A stretch of DNA of 64,000 nt from an uncultured delta proteobacterium. Its GTDB lineage: Bacteria; Desulfobacterota; WTBG01. Each line of letters begins with the position of its first letter. Position 1 is the first letter of the stretch. The DNA lies in assembly GCA_963793865.1 (NCBI GenBank), contig CAWCBP010000001.1, positions 928,001 to 992,000 of the forward strand, written 5' to 3'. Position numbers and translations under genes: made by a program. A model generated the notes under the pieces. It was not told where the DNA came from. It did no database searches and saw only the letters and a list, made by a program, of their open reading frames with translations. Of the stretch, positions 21,888 to 31,702 are shown one piece after another.

Positions 21888-23198
21888 ATGAGTTATAAGG
21901 ATTCACTTGCCTACCTCTACGGTCTCCAGAAATACGGTATCAAGTTCGGCCTGGCATCCATTTCAAAGTTGCTCACGGCCCTGAACAATCCTCATCAGAA
22001 ATTCCCGTGCATTCATATTGCAGGCACAAACGGCAAGGGTTCGACTGCTGCCTTCATTGCATCCATATTGTCTGAAGCCGGCTACAAAACCGGACTTTAC
22101 ACCTCGCCGCACCTGACCAGCTTCACTGAGCGAATCAGGATCGGCGGGGCCGATATCAGCCGCCCAAGCGTGACACGGCTGACCGGCACCATCAGGAAGT
22201 GCGCGGCTTCCCTGGAAAGCATCACCTTCTTTGAGTTTGTGACCGCCATGGCATTCTCCTACTTTGCTGAGCAGAAGGTTGACTGCGCCGTCATAGAGGC
22301 GGGGATGGGAGGGCGCCTTGACGCCACAAACGTCATAACACCCCTTGCATCCATAATAACCAACATTTCCCGGGAACATGAAATGTTTCTGGGAAATACG
22401 GTCTTAAAAATCGCTCATGAAAAAGCTGGAATTATTAAACCGAATGGAGTATTACTGACGGCGGTAAGTCAGCCGAATGTGCTCAAACTTTTTGTACGGG
22501 AATGCCGCCGTTTACACGCAGTCATGTTCGTTGAGGGAAACGACTTTGCCTTGCAGTGGCGGAAGAACCGTTTTTTGGCGTACCGGGGAATTGGGCGGGA
22601 CATGCTGAATCTGCGGCTCGGGCTCCGGGGCGAACACCAGCTTCACAACGCTGCGCTGGCTCTGGCTGCGGTGGAGGTCTTGCGCCACAAAGGCTTCACC
22701 CTGTCTCTCGAATCCGTCCGGCGGGGGCTGAAGCATGTCTATTGGCCCGGCAGGCTTGAGACGGCGAAGGGGAACTCTCTCATCCTGTTTGACGGTGCCC
22801 ATAATCCGGCGGCTATCAGATGCCTTAAACAGGCCCTTCTCAGCAGCTTTGCTTATGACCGGTTAACCCTGGTTCTGGGCATTATGCACGATAAAGACAT
22901 CCGGAACATGCTCAAGGAAATTATACCCATCGCCGACAGGGTTATTTTCTGCAGGCCCCGCATGGAACGCGCCGCACCGACCGGCACGCTGGCGCGTATA
23001 CTGCGCAGCACAGGGATAAACTGTGTTGAGATTCCCCGTGTAGAGGATGCTCTCATGCAGGCAATGGCAGAATCCGGGAGGCGAGACCTGATTTGCGTCA
23101 CCGGATCTTTATTCACGGTGGGAGAGGCGAAAGAGGCGCTCCGCCGCCTTCCCGATGCGGCTGTTTTAAGTGTGCCGGCACAGATGATGAGACAATAA
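21888..23198 (+). CDS. folC: folylpolyglutamate synthase / dihydrofolate synthase
   Basis: HIAGTNGKGST, YTSPHL, GMGGRLDATN, WPGR, DGAHN. Confidence 0.96.
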   Translation: MSYKDSLAYLYGLQKYGIKFGLASISKLLTALNNPHQKFPCIHIAGTNGKGSTAAFIASILSEAGYKTGLYTSPHLTSFTERIRIGGADISRPSVTRLTGTIRKCAASLESITFFEFVTAMAFSYFAEQKVDCAVIEAGMGGRLDATNVITPLASIITNISREHEMFLGNTVLKIAHEKAGIIKPNGVLLTAVSQPNVLKLFVRECRRLHAVMFVEGNDFALQWRKNRFLAYRGIGRDMLNLRLGLRGEHQLHNAALALAAVEVLRHKGFTLSLESVRRGLKHVYWPGRLETAKGNSLILFDGAHNPAAIRCLKQALLSSFAYDRLTLVLGIMHDKDIRNMLKEIIPIADRVIFCRPRMERAAPTGTLARILRSTGINCVEIPRVEDALMQAMAESGRRDLICVTGSLFTVGEAKEALRRLPDAAVLSVPAQMMRQ

Positions 23199-23218
23199 CA
23201 GACGAGCATAGTATCAAT

Positions 23219-25393
23219 ATGGTTAAGCTCTTACATTGCATCATGTGCACAGCAGTCCTCCTGGCATGGTCAGCGCCTGTCTGGAGCACGGGGGCGCTTT
23301 CGTTTGATGCGCTGGCACCTGAAAAGAGAGTAGACCTTAAGGCTGACTCCATGTTCTACGATCAAAAAACAAATCTGTATTCTGCGGAGGGTAATGTCAT
23401 TGTAGAGCAGGAGGGCAGTGTTTTAAAGGCCGATAAAATTATTATCGACACGGTAACCCAGGATGCCCAGGCCGTTGGTAACGTGTCATTAAAGGAAGCG
23501 GAAAACATGCTTACCTGTGACCGGCTTACTATTAATTTGAATACAAAAGTAGGAACGGTTTCCGAGGCAACGCTGTTTCTGAAAGAGAACAATTATCATA
23601 TTAAAGGCAGGTCATTTCAAAAGCTGGGAGAAAACAGCTACAAGGTGATCAATGGAACCATTACCACCTGCGATGGTAAAAGGCCGGACTGGAAGCTAAC
23701 CGGCGGTGAAATCAATGTCACCATGGAACGGTTTGCAACCATAAAAAACAGCACGTTTCAGGTGCTCGATGTGCCGATACTGTATTTCCCCTATTTTTTG
23801 TATCCGGTCAAAACCAAGCGACAGAGCGGATTTCTCATGCCTGAGCTGAGCCATTCAAGTAGCGAAGGCCTCAAGTTCGACAACAGCTTTTTTTGGGCGA
23901 TCTCAGAAAGCGCCGATGCGACCGCCTTCCTTGATTTTGCCACTGAACGCGGGGTAGGGGAGGGCCTCGAATTCCGCTACGTGCTGAATGAGCAGAGCAA
24001 GGGAAAATTCTTCCAATATTACACCGAGGAACGAAGTGAGTATTTTGATGATGAGTATGATGACCCCCTGGACCGGGACCGCAAGAGGGCTATTGTTGAT
24101 TTTGAAGGCGAGCATTATTTTAACGATACGTCTTACACAAAAGCCAAAGGAACCTGGCTCAGCGACCGGGAAGTATACAAGGATTATGGAAGTGAAATAG
24201 GAAGATCAGACAGCGAATGGGACCGTGTCAGCCTCCGGGCGCGTGAAAAAAACGAATCATTGATTTATTATACCAAGAACTGGTCCGGCTACAGTTTAAC
24301 CGCGGATATGGAATATTACAAGGATTTGACAAAACGGAACGGCAACACACTGCAGAGAATCCCTTCTCTTGAATTATCCGGACAAAGACAGTCAATTCTG
24401 AACACCCCCTTGTATTTTAAGCTTGATTCGGCTTATGACTACTTCAGCCGCGATAACGGTGTTGAAGGTCACCGGTTGGATGCTTTTCCGAAAATATCCC
24501 TGCCGGTTACCTTCGGCAGGTATGTCAAATTCACGCCCGAAATGGGCATGAGGGGCATGCTGGCCATGGATTTAAATGAGGACCATAATTACGATCGCCA
24601 GGAAGCTGTGCTTGATGCAAACGCAGAGCTTTCCACGACGGTTTTGAAGGTATATAATTTCCCGGGCAAAAAAATCGCCAAGCTGAAGCATTCCATTGAG
24701 CCCAGCATTCTCTATCGCTATATACCTGATGCCGATCAGGACGAATTTCCTTTCTTTGAGCCAAAAGAGGGATTTTATGACCGCCATGCCTTGACCTACG
24801 CCCTTACCAACAGATTCATGGTGAAGACCCTCCAGCCTGACGGCAGTTATGCGGAACAAGAGCTGGGCTATTTCAAATTATCCCAAAATTATTATTTTGA
24901 TAAGCCGTTCCTTCCCTGGTATGTGGAAGGCTATAATGGGCGGGACCTATCCGACCTGATTACCGAACTGAGGGTCAACCTGAGAGACAGCGCTTCTTTT
25001 AAAACCGAGTTATATTATAATCCCTATGAAACCAACATCAGTTCGTATAACGCATATTTAATGCTCATGGACAAAAGGTTTGATTATGTTCAATTTGAAT
25101 ATCGTTACAGGCGCGATGAACTGGAAGGATACGGCATTAAGGGCAGATATATGTTGCATCCATCGTGGATCACCTATTTTGAAACCCGCAGATCAGAATT
25201 CAACTCGAAAACGCTGGACTCGTTGTATGGCCTTGAATACGTGGCCCAGTGCTGGAGCTTACGGTTAAATTACGAGAACCAGGCCCGGCAGGCAGGAAGG
25301 GATAGGGAAACCACCTATAGCTTTCTTTTTAATCTCGCCGGATTAACCAACTGGGGAAAAACGGAAAAAATGAATAAGCGCTACAAGCCATGA
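23219..25393 (+). CDS. lptD: LPS-assembly outer membrane protein LptD
   Basis: Signal peptide, OstA-like N-terminus (LKADSMFYD..AEGNV), TTCD, KRQSGFL, beta-barrel-like C-terminus. Confidence 0.88.
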   Translation: MVKLLHCIMCTAVLLAWSAPVWSTGALSFDALAPEKRVDLKADSMFYDQKTNLYSAEGNVIVEQEGSVLKADKIIIDTVTQDAQAVGNVSLKEAENMLTCDRLTINLNTKVGTVSEATLFLKENNYHIKGRSFQKLGENSYKVINGTITTCDGKRPDWKLTGGEINVTMERFATIKNSTFQVLDVPILYFPYFLYPVKTKRQSGFLMPELSHSSSEGLKFDNSFFWAISESADATAFLDFATERGVGEGLEFRYVLNEQSKGKFFQYYTEERSEYFDDEYDDPLDRDRKRAIVDFEGEHYFNDTSYTKAKGTWLSDREVYKDYGSEIGRSDSEWDRVSLRAREKNESLIYYTKNWSGYSLTADMEYYKDLTKRNGNTLQRIPSLELSGQRQSILNTPLYFKLDSAYDYFSRDNGVEGHRLDAFPKISLPVTFGRYVKFTPEMGMRGMLAMDLNEDHNYDRQEAVLDANAELSTTVLKVYNFPGKKIAKLKHSIEPSILYRYIPDADQDEFPFFEPKEGFYDRHALTYALTNRFMVKTLQPDGSYAEQELGYFKLSQNYYFDKPFLPWYVEGYNGRDLSDLITELRVNLRDSASFKTELYYNPYETNISSYNAYLMLMDKRFDYVQFEYRYRRDELEGYGIKGRYMLHPSWITYFETRRSEFNSKTLDSLYGLEYVAQCWSLRLNYENQARQAGRDRETTYSFLFNLAGLTNWGKTEKMNKRYKP

Positions 25394-25425
25394 AAGAAAA
25401 GTGTTTAAACGCAATAACACAACAT

Positions 25426-25462
25426 AAAATGCAGGTGATAATGATTCCCCTGCATTTTTTTA
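25426..25462. terminator. bidirectional intrinsic terminator between convergent genes
   Basis: AAAATGCAGG...CCTGCATTTTTTT inverted repeat. Confidence 0.6.
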
Positions 25463-25524
25463 TTCCTCAGGATAGGAGAGCGCTCTCAAATCAGCACGAA
25501 CGGCGCCCTTCTTTACCTTTTACA

Positions 25525-25552
25525 ACGTCCGATAAGATATATTATGTAAACT
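25525..25552 (+). other. dif: dif site (XerC/XerD chromosome dimer resolution site)
   Basis: ACGTCCGATAA-GATATA-TTATGTAAACT has the 11-6-11 layout of E. coli dif GGTGCGCATAA-TGTATA-TTATGTTAAAT; intergenic; KOPS and gene-strand polarity flip here. Confidence 0.85.
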
Positions 25553-25580
25553 AAACGGCTGAAAAATAAACCATGTATGA

Positions 25581-25883
25581 TTAATGACTTTCTTTATTCT
25601 TTTGCGCTTCTTCGCTTAAAATTTCAACTACTTGACTGTAAAAGTCTTCCACACCTTCGAGACATCTTTCAACATTGCCGATTCCAATGCCTACTTTACC
25701 AATAGAGTTCTTAAGAATTTCAAAGGAAGTATTTTCATCCTTAAGCATTTCAATCATTTCATTGAGCGTTCCCATCAACTCATTGGCCGCGATAAGAAAC
25801 CACTCGCACCCTTCATAATCCTTATCAATTATATCAAGCAGTCTATGATTGAGGGTCTTTGTATTTTTCATGGGAATAAACAT
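25581..25883 (-). CDS. hypothetical helical protein
   Basis: 100-aa ORF in an AT-rich stretch, directly downstream of the PilZ gene; no motif recognised. Confidence 0.5.
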   Translation of the reverse strand: MFIPMKNTKTLNHRLLDIIDKDYEGCEWFLIAANELMGTLNEMIEMLKDENTSFEILKNSIGKVGIGIGNVERCLEGVEDFYSQVVEILSEEAQKNKESH

Positions 25884-25893
25884 CGATAATTGT

Positions 25894-26403
25894 TTACAGG
25901 TTCGAAAATTTCCTTGGAAACCAAAATTGACTCCGCCTCATTTTTTTTGCCTGTTTGACAAAGGCATACCAGCCTTCCCTATCGCTGCATTTTTGCAAAT
26001 CAAGCTGCACGCCGCATTTGAACAAAAATGACCTGTCCCTGGGCGTCATATCCAGCCATACCACTTTTCCACATGCCTTTATATTCACCCCGGATGATTC
26101 CGGCAAGACGATTTCCATCTCCAAACATTTTTCCGGAGACATGGCATCATTGAAAATATCAACCCCGTCAACCGTGGCCGTGCTGCTTTCGATACACATG
26201 CCTTCCTTTGATATGTTTATTGTACTTCCCGAAATTTGTTTTGAACAGGGCCTGTTATTTTCACAATCAACCAGTCGGATATGTACGGTGAGCGTATTGC
26301 CAAGCCGGATAAATCTTCGATGTTCTATTTTTCGGTATTTATTTCTGAAAATGGTATCCGCCAATTGAATGCAGAAACGCTTGACTCGATCCATACCGCG
26401 CAC
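25894..26403 (-). CDS. PilZ domain protein (putative c-di-GMP receptor)
   Basis: RRFIR (RxxxR) and NISKEG (D/NxSxxG) motifs, GKVVW, CGVQ. Confidence 0.85.
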   Translation of the reverse strand: MRGMDRVKRFCIQLADTIFRNKYRKIEHRRFIRLGNTLTVHIRLVDCENNRPCSKQISGSTINISKEGMCIESSTATVDGVDIFNDAMSPEKCLEMEIVLPESSGVNIKACGKVVWLDMTPRDRSFLFKCGVQLDLQKCSDREGWYAFVKQAKKMRRSQFWFPRKFSNL

Positions 26404-26433
26404 TATCCCCTCATGTTTGCTTATTATTTTACA

Positions 26434-26462
26434 ACGATATCGATATCCACTTTACAAGTCAA
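26434..26462 (-). promoter_or_regulatory. putative sigma70 promoter for the PilZ gene
   Basis: Minus strand TTGACT, 17 nt spacer, TATCGT. Confidence 0.45.
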
Positions 26463-26617
26463 GAGTATATTTGGCGATAAAGAACAGGCATATGTTCGAA
26501 GCCTCATAAATAATTCAAGTTATGTCTCTATATTCCGATACATTAAAGCGGTATAAAAAATAATGTAAGGCTACGATTAAAAAATAAGATCCATGGCTAG
26601 GCAGAACGGCGAATGAT

Positions 26618-27874
26618 ATGATGGGAAGCATAAAAAAACAGGCTCGTCACAGTCACACATCAATCGTATTGCAGGCCTCTTTTCTTGTCATGTTGTCTCT
26701 CCTGTTGCTTCAAGCTGATTTTCTTTATGGGGCATCGATAAAGATAGCCTGGAACGCCAACCAGGAGTCCGATTTAGACGGATATAAGGTCTATTATGGT
26801 ACCACTTCCGGCAATTACGGCATGCCTGTTGATGTGGGAATAACAAATGTTTATGAAATCAGCGGATTAAATACCGGCACGAGGTATTATATTGCACTCA
26901 CTGCCTATGACGCCTCTGACAATGAAAGCGCAAAATCCCTTGAAATATCCGGTGTTGCGCAAAATACCGTAACAACCACCTCCAGTTCCTCAACCCGGCC
27001 CTCTTCCACTTCAACGGCCGCTTCCACTCTGCCGGCAACGTCTTCCCACCACAGTCCCTGCAGCGACCACTCTACACGTCCGGTACGCACTTCAATAACA
27101 CCCACCACGACACAAGTATCATCGACATCTACCATTGCTGTCCAATCTTCTACAACATCTACCGCAGCGATTCCCATTACCACATCTGCACCGGTTACCA
27201 CAAGCACGCCGGTGTCGTCCACATCTACAGTAGATCCTGAGACAACAACCACCACCAGTGTGGAAGGAGAACTGTCATCATGCGATGCGCCGGTGAAATT
27301 GCAGCCGATTTCCGTGAGCGCATCGGATGCTCCGCGCCCCCTGTTTTCAGCCGGCAACCTTGTCGATGGAGATCCTCAAACAGGGTGGCTGACCATATTC
27401 ACATGGTTTAAAAAGGATGCCTATCTCACCCTGGACATGGGGAATGAAAAAACCATCACCTCACTTTCCATGTATGCATCCCGCATGTTCGGTATTGATT
27501 TTTTGCCTGCCGATCTTGAACTGCAGATCAGCAATGATAACACCGTTTGGCAAACCATTACCGCAGGTTCTGTTTCGAGCGGCATTGAGCCTCCCTATGC
27601 CGACAGCTGGAAGCTGGGCGGTCACACATGCCGATACCTTAGGCTCTGCATCAGAGGAAGAAAAACAATTTTCTTTTTCCAGCTTGCCCAAATAGCAGAA
27701 CTTGAAATCTACGGCTGTAATCAGACAGATCACCTTCCTTTCGCGTCGCAAAACAGCGTATCGACGAAAGGTAATCAACCGTTGAATAAGCATGACGGGA
27801 GCTTGCGAAGTTCCGGGAACGAGGCCGCACTGCCCCCAGGTATTCCAGGCAGGCCTGCGGTCAGTTTTCAATAG
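26618..27874 (+). CDS. secreted protein: fibronectin type III domain, Ser/Thr-rich linker and discoidin (F5/8 type C)-like domain
   Basis: Hydrophobic N-terminus; AWNANQESDLDGYKVYYG...YYIALTAYD FN3; long S/T tract; NLVDGDPQTGW...LTLDMG...RYLRL..QIAELEIYG. Confidence 0.8.
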   Translation: MMGSIKKQARHSHTSIVLQASFLVMLSLLLLQADFLYGASIKIAWNANQESDLDGYKVYYGTTSGNYGMPVDVGITNVYEISGLNTGTRYYIALTAYDASDNESAKSLEISGVAQNTVTTTSSSSTRPSSTSTAASTLPATSSHHSPCSDHSTRPVRTSITPTTTQVSSTSTIAVQSSTTSTAAIPITTSAPVTTSTPVSSTSTVDPETTTTTSVEGELSSCDAPVKLQPISVSASDAPRPLFSAGNLVDGDPQTGWLTIFTWFKKDAYLTLDMGNEKTITSLSMYASRMFGIDFLPADLELQISNDNTVWQTITAGSVSSGIEPPYADSWKLGGHTCRYLRLCIRGRKTIFFFQLAQIAELEIYGCNQTDHLPFASQNSVSTKGNQPLNKHDGSLRSSGNEAALPPGIPGRPAVSFQ

Positions 27875-27904
27875 GATGTTTATCAGATACCGGGGAAATG
27901 CCGT

Positions 27905-29644
27905 ATGAAACGTATCACTGTTCTCTGTGCGCCGTATCTTTCGCTCTGGCACGGGCTTCTGGCCCTCGCATGCATAATACTCATATACCTCACCGGTGTT
28001 CACATCAGCGAGGCGCTTAATACGTCCTCATGTTACACCGTCTTCAATGCAGAAGAGGCGTTATTAAGCTGGGAACCGTCCCGGGGCGAAGTTGACCACT
28101 ACCTGCTGGAAATTACGGATACGCATCTGTTAGGTAATCAATTGTCACCTCATAGCAGCAGCATGTCGACCATCCGCCATGCCACATCCGCTCTGACCAG
28201 CTACCGCCTTGCGTGCACTCACAATCACTCCTATCAGGTGCGCGTTAAGGCCATTTCGCCGTGTGGCGCATCTTCAGAATATTCCGAGAAGAGCATTCTC
28301 TTTATTTGCGACCAGCAACCGCCGCGGCTTATGTGCGACCCCCTGCCCTACCCTCATCAGAAAGTTCGCGCTCAAAACATGAGCGTGACCGGGAGTTTTG
28401 ATGAAGCACATCTTTCCTCCATTGTCGTAAATGATGCACCTGCGGCCATAGATTATCAGATGCGCACGTTCCGCGCCGAGCTGACATTGACACCGGGTGA
28501 AAATGCCATCGTGCTTCATGCCCGCGACCTCGCCGGCAATTCCTCAACAGAGAGGTCAAGCGTCATCTATGCCCCGGTAACCATACTTTCATTTCCCGGG
28601 AATGCCGGGCTTTACTGGAACGGAAACTATGCCTATGCGGGCAGCTATGGAGGCACTACGCCCCGCTCATATAATCACGCCGGACAGAAAAAACAGACAC
28701 TGCGCATTTCCCTTCCCGGATTTCAGGACTTTTTCGGCATCATCGATTTCTCAGATCCTTCACAGGACAGCTACTCAATAACCCTCAATCAACATGTGCC
28801 GCCCGTATTCACCCGCATCGATCCGCTTGTGCCAGCCGGAGAAGGTGACCTGGCCCATTCGAGCCCTCATCCCTTTGTGGTTGATTATAATCTTGATGGC
28901 GCAAAGGACCTGCTGGTGGGAAACGGCGATGGTACGGTCGGACTCTTTTTGAATCGCGGCAGCAATGACATGCCCGTTCTCTCGGATACAGCAACCCTGC
29001 TTATCGGCGAAGACGGGCCTATTGATGCGGGCACTGATGCGGCTCCGTTTATGCTCGACTTTGATAATAATGGCACCTTTGACCTGCTGGTAGGAAACGG
29101 TGAAGGATTGCTTTATTATTATGATAACACCGGGAGCAACATCTCCCCCGTTTTCAGTGCTCCGTCCACCGTGAACTGCCTCGATGGATCGGCCATGCAG
29201 GTTGAAAGCGGCTGCACACCCTGGGTTGCCGACTGGAATAAAGACGGCAGGAAGGACCTCCTGCTGGGAAGCGGAAGCGGCGCACTCATGCTCTCAATCA
29301 ACGAAGGGAGCGATAGCCAACCCGTGTTCGCTCCCTTGCGTCAGGTCGGCACGGGAGATACGGCACTGTGGCCCGACGGACCCTCCGCGCCCTGTGTTTT
29401 TGACTGGAATCAGGACGGTCAGATGGATGTGCTGACGGGTACGGGTAACGGTCATATCCACGTCTATTACATGGCCGGAGGAGAGAAGGAACCGGTGCTG
29501 TCGGCAGATGAACTCATCCAGCTCAACGGCCAGGCGCTGATGCTCGAGGGCGCAACATCTCCCTTTCCCGTGGACTGGAACCAGGACGGACAAACCGATC
29601 TTCTGATAGGAATGCGAGGAGGAGGCGTGTACTGCGCTCAGTAA
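27905..29644 (+). CDS. secreted protein: FN3/Ig-like domains and FG-GAP/VCBS beta-propeller repeats
   Basis: YQVRVKA FN3; LTPGENAIVLHARDLAGN Ig-like; five D(W/Y/F)(N/D)xDG/NGxxD(L/V)L(V/L/T/I)G repeats. Confidence 0.8.
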   Translation: MKRITVLCAPYLSLWHGLLALACIILIYLTGVHISEALNTSSCYTVFNAEEALLSWEPSRGEVDHYLLEITDTHLLGNQLSPHSSSMSTIRHATSALTSYRLACTHNHSYQVRVKAISPCGASSEYSEKSILFICDQQPPRLMCDPLPYPHQKVRAQNMSVTGSFDEAHLSSIVVNDAPAAIDYQMRTFRAELTLTPGENAIVLHARDLAGNSSTERSSVIYAPVTILSFPGNAGLYWNGNYAYAGSYGGTTPRSYNHAGQKKQTLRISLPGFQDFFGIIDFSDPSQDSYSITLNQHVPPVFTRIDPLVPAGEGDLAHSSPHPFVVDYNLDGAKDLLVGNGDGTVGLFLNRGSNDMPVLSDTATLLIGEDGPIDAGTDAAPFMLDFDNNGTFDLLVGNGEGLLYYYDNTGSNISPVFSAPSTVNCLDGSAMQVESGCTPWVADWNKDGRKDLLLGSGSGALMLSINEGSDSQPVFAPLRQVGTGDTALWPDGPSAPCVFDWNQDGQMDVLTGTGNGHIHVYYMAGGEKEPVLSADELIQLNGQALMLEGATSPFPVDWNQDGQTDLLIGMRGGGVYCAQ

Positions 29645-29696
29645 GACGGCCTTTTAGATGACTCGGATCGGTGAAAAGGCCGGGCGGCTAAAATCT

Positions 29697-29725
29697 TTGA
29701 CATTGCAGTGGATTAAGTCTATATT
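29697..29725 (+). promoter_or_regulatory. sigma70-type promoter for the RHH regulator gene
   Basis: TTGACA (29697-29702), 17 nt spacer, TATATT (29720-29725). Confidence 0.65.
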
Positions 29726-29783
29726 GGAAATGAACGCTTATGCAATGCACCGGAACCGGACCGCCTGAAGATAAACAGTGCCC

Positions 29784-30011
29784 ATGGAATCAAAGAGCGA
29801 TACAAAAGTAACCATCAAAATACCGAGACCGCTTTACAACAGCCTGAAAGCGCTGATTGCGGACTCGGGATTCAACTCGGTAAACGATTTTATCGTGTAC
29901 ATTCTGCGTGATATTGCATCCATTACCAAAACAGATGTAAACGGCCAGTTTGAAAATGAAGAGATAGAAACGGTAAAGGAACGCCTGCGCAATCTGGGCT
30001 ATCTGGGTTAA
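29784..30011 (+). CDS. CopG/ribbon-helix-helix family transcriptional regulator
   Basis: KVTIKIPRPLYNSLKALIADSGFNSVNDFIVYILRD RHH pattern; C-terminal ERLRNLGYL. Confidence 0.8.
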   Translation: MESKSDTKVTIKIPRPLYNSLKALIADSGFNSVNDFIVYILRDIASITKTDVNGQFENEEIETVKERLRNLGYLG

Positions 30012-30014
30012 ACG

Positions 30015-31097
30015 CTAACAGGGCACGCTTTTGCTGTTAGGGTATAACACGTGGCAGGCGCCTTTGACCAGACCGAATGGTCCGGTAAGCATCATGTTGC
30101 CGTGCGGGGCTGCATATTGAACGTGCAGCCTGCTTTTTTGTAACAGCTTTCTTCTGGGACCGGTTACCATAATCGGTTGTGTAGTGTCAAACCCGCCCGC
30201 ATCAAGTATGGCCGCCCCGTGTCCCCCGTCATTGAGCACTTCCTCCGATGTGATATTCCCCTGTATAAAACGTTCCAGCAATGTGTCCAGCTTCTCCGTG
30301 GTAAGGCATGAGGTGTGATGCTCCATCAGGCCGCTCAGAGTGCCGCCGGTTACCATTGCGGCAATGGTGTGGCTATTGCCCACATTTACGACAATTGATG
30401 AGCGCCTATCCTCAAGGCAGCCAAGGATCGCGGCAAAGCAGGTATCCATGACGACCACGGGGCAGCCGCACTGGTGCTGTGCAGCGGTTGCCACTGCCCT
30501 CATACGCTTAAAACAGGGGGGTATGGTGTCCAGTGCGTAGGCAAAGCCTTCCAGGCTGCCCACCCCCTTCAAGTGCTGCTCAATCATTTTGAACCTGAAA
30601 GCGCGGTTGGACGCCGGCTCGGGCGGAACGCCATGATCCTGTACCGCTACCGCCACGCAATCGATATCGCCGGACTCCCCGAAGTAGGATAAAAATTGTT
30701 TCACATATGACCAGTCAAATTCACACAAGTGCATCGATCCCGGCTGGACATTGCTGCAGGAAGGTTGGCCGACTTCTATGTCAATGCCGTATGCACGCAC
30801 CTGATCAAGGCTGTTCCGAAGGGTAAACGCGGCGTCCTCGGTCATCATGACGCGATAACCCTTCTTACGGTGCCGGATGAGCGCGGAGGCAATGTCCCCT
30901 CCTCCGATGGCATCGCCGCTTATAAACAGGTCATGATCGCTTCGCTCAATCTGTTGAACGTAACGCCGTGTGGGTGATGGCAGAATCATGCTGATGCAAT
31001 TTTCAGGGGTCTCACCCTCATCATACAGCAATATATCCTGCGTCCCTGCTCCGATATCCACAGCCAGTATTTTACGCAATGATCCTGTCATGGGCAT
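30015..31097 (-). CDS. DUF1786 family protein (actin-like/ASKHA-type motifs)
   Basis: ILAVDIGAGTQDILL, AVQDHG, NVGNSHT, EHHT, GGHGA, PHGNMMLTGPFGL. Confidence 0.8.
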   Translation of the reverse strand: MPMTGSLRKILAVDIGAGTQDILLYDEGETPENCISMILPSPTRRYVQQIERSDHDLFISGDAIGGGDIASALIRHRKKGYRVMMTEDAAFTLRNSLDQVRAYGIDIEVGQPSCSNVQPGSMHLCEFDWSYVKQFLSYFGESGDIDCVAVAVQDHGVPPEPASNRAFRFKMIEQHLKGVGSLEGFAYALDTIPPCFKRMRAVATAAQHQCGCPVVVMDTCFAAILGCLEDRRSSIVVNVGNSHTIAAMVTGGTLSGLMEHHTSCLTTEKLDTLLERFIQGNITSEEVLNDGGHGAAILDAGGFDTTQPIMVTGPRRKLLQKSRLHVQYAAPHGNMMLTGPFGLVKGACHVLYPNSKSVPC

Positions 31098-31700
31098 TCA
31101 GTCATGAATTCGCTGCTTGAGAAGCGACAAAAGTCGGTTGTAATCATCGCCGGGCATTCCCGGATTGAGCAGATTAAGCCTCAGGATCGTCAGTCGCGGA
31201 TTAAAAGCTTCAATGCCCTGCACCAATTCCCGGCCGGGATCCATTCCATTAATCTGATTTATAACAGCTAGATCTGCATTTTTTATGGCGTGCACGCGGC
31301 TCGGCTTCATGGCGCCGAAGGGGGGCGCAATGACAAAAAATGCAACCGTGGGACGCAGGTGTCTGAGGATGCTGTTTCCTTCAATGAGTATTCCCTTGCA
31401 GGGAACCACTTTCCCCAGGGCAATCACCATGGAATCGTGCAGGTGCTCTTCAGTCGACCGCACCCACACGACTTTAACGGCGCCGCTCTGCTTCATGCGG
31501 CAGGTATCGGTTGCGGGCGACATGATATCGCGTTCGTCATCAATAACCGCCAGGTCTTTGTCGGTAATGGTAATCTTGATGGCGGCAAATTGCGGGAGAT
31601 TGCGCAAGAGGATTTCTGCAAGGGCTGTTTTCCCCGCACCCTTTCGGGCGCCGGAAACGGTGACAATGCGCCGGTTGCCAATGAGGTCGCTGAGCTGCAA
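31098..31700 (-). CDS. P-loop NTPase, MobB-like (molybdopterin-guanine dinucleotide biosynthesis family)
   Basis: VSGARKGAGKT Walker A, AIKIT, DTCRM..SGA, LIEGNS; immediately downstream of moaA; TTG start 31700 inferred. Confidence 0.6.
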   Translation of the reverse strand: MQLSDLIGNRRIVTVSGARKGAGKTALAEILLRNLPQFAAIKITITDKDLAVIDDERDIMSPATDTCRMKQSGAVKVVWVRSTEEHLHDSMVIALGKVVPCKGILIEGNSILRHLRPTVAFFVIAPPFGAMKPSRVHAIKNADLAVINQINGMDPGRELVQGIEAFNPRLTILRLNLLNPGMPGDDYNRLLSLLKQRIHD

Positions 31701-31702
31701 TC

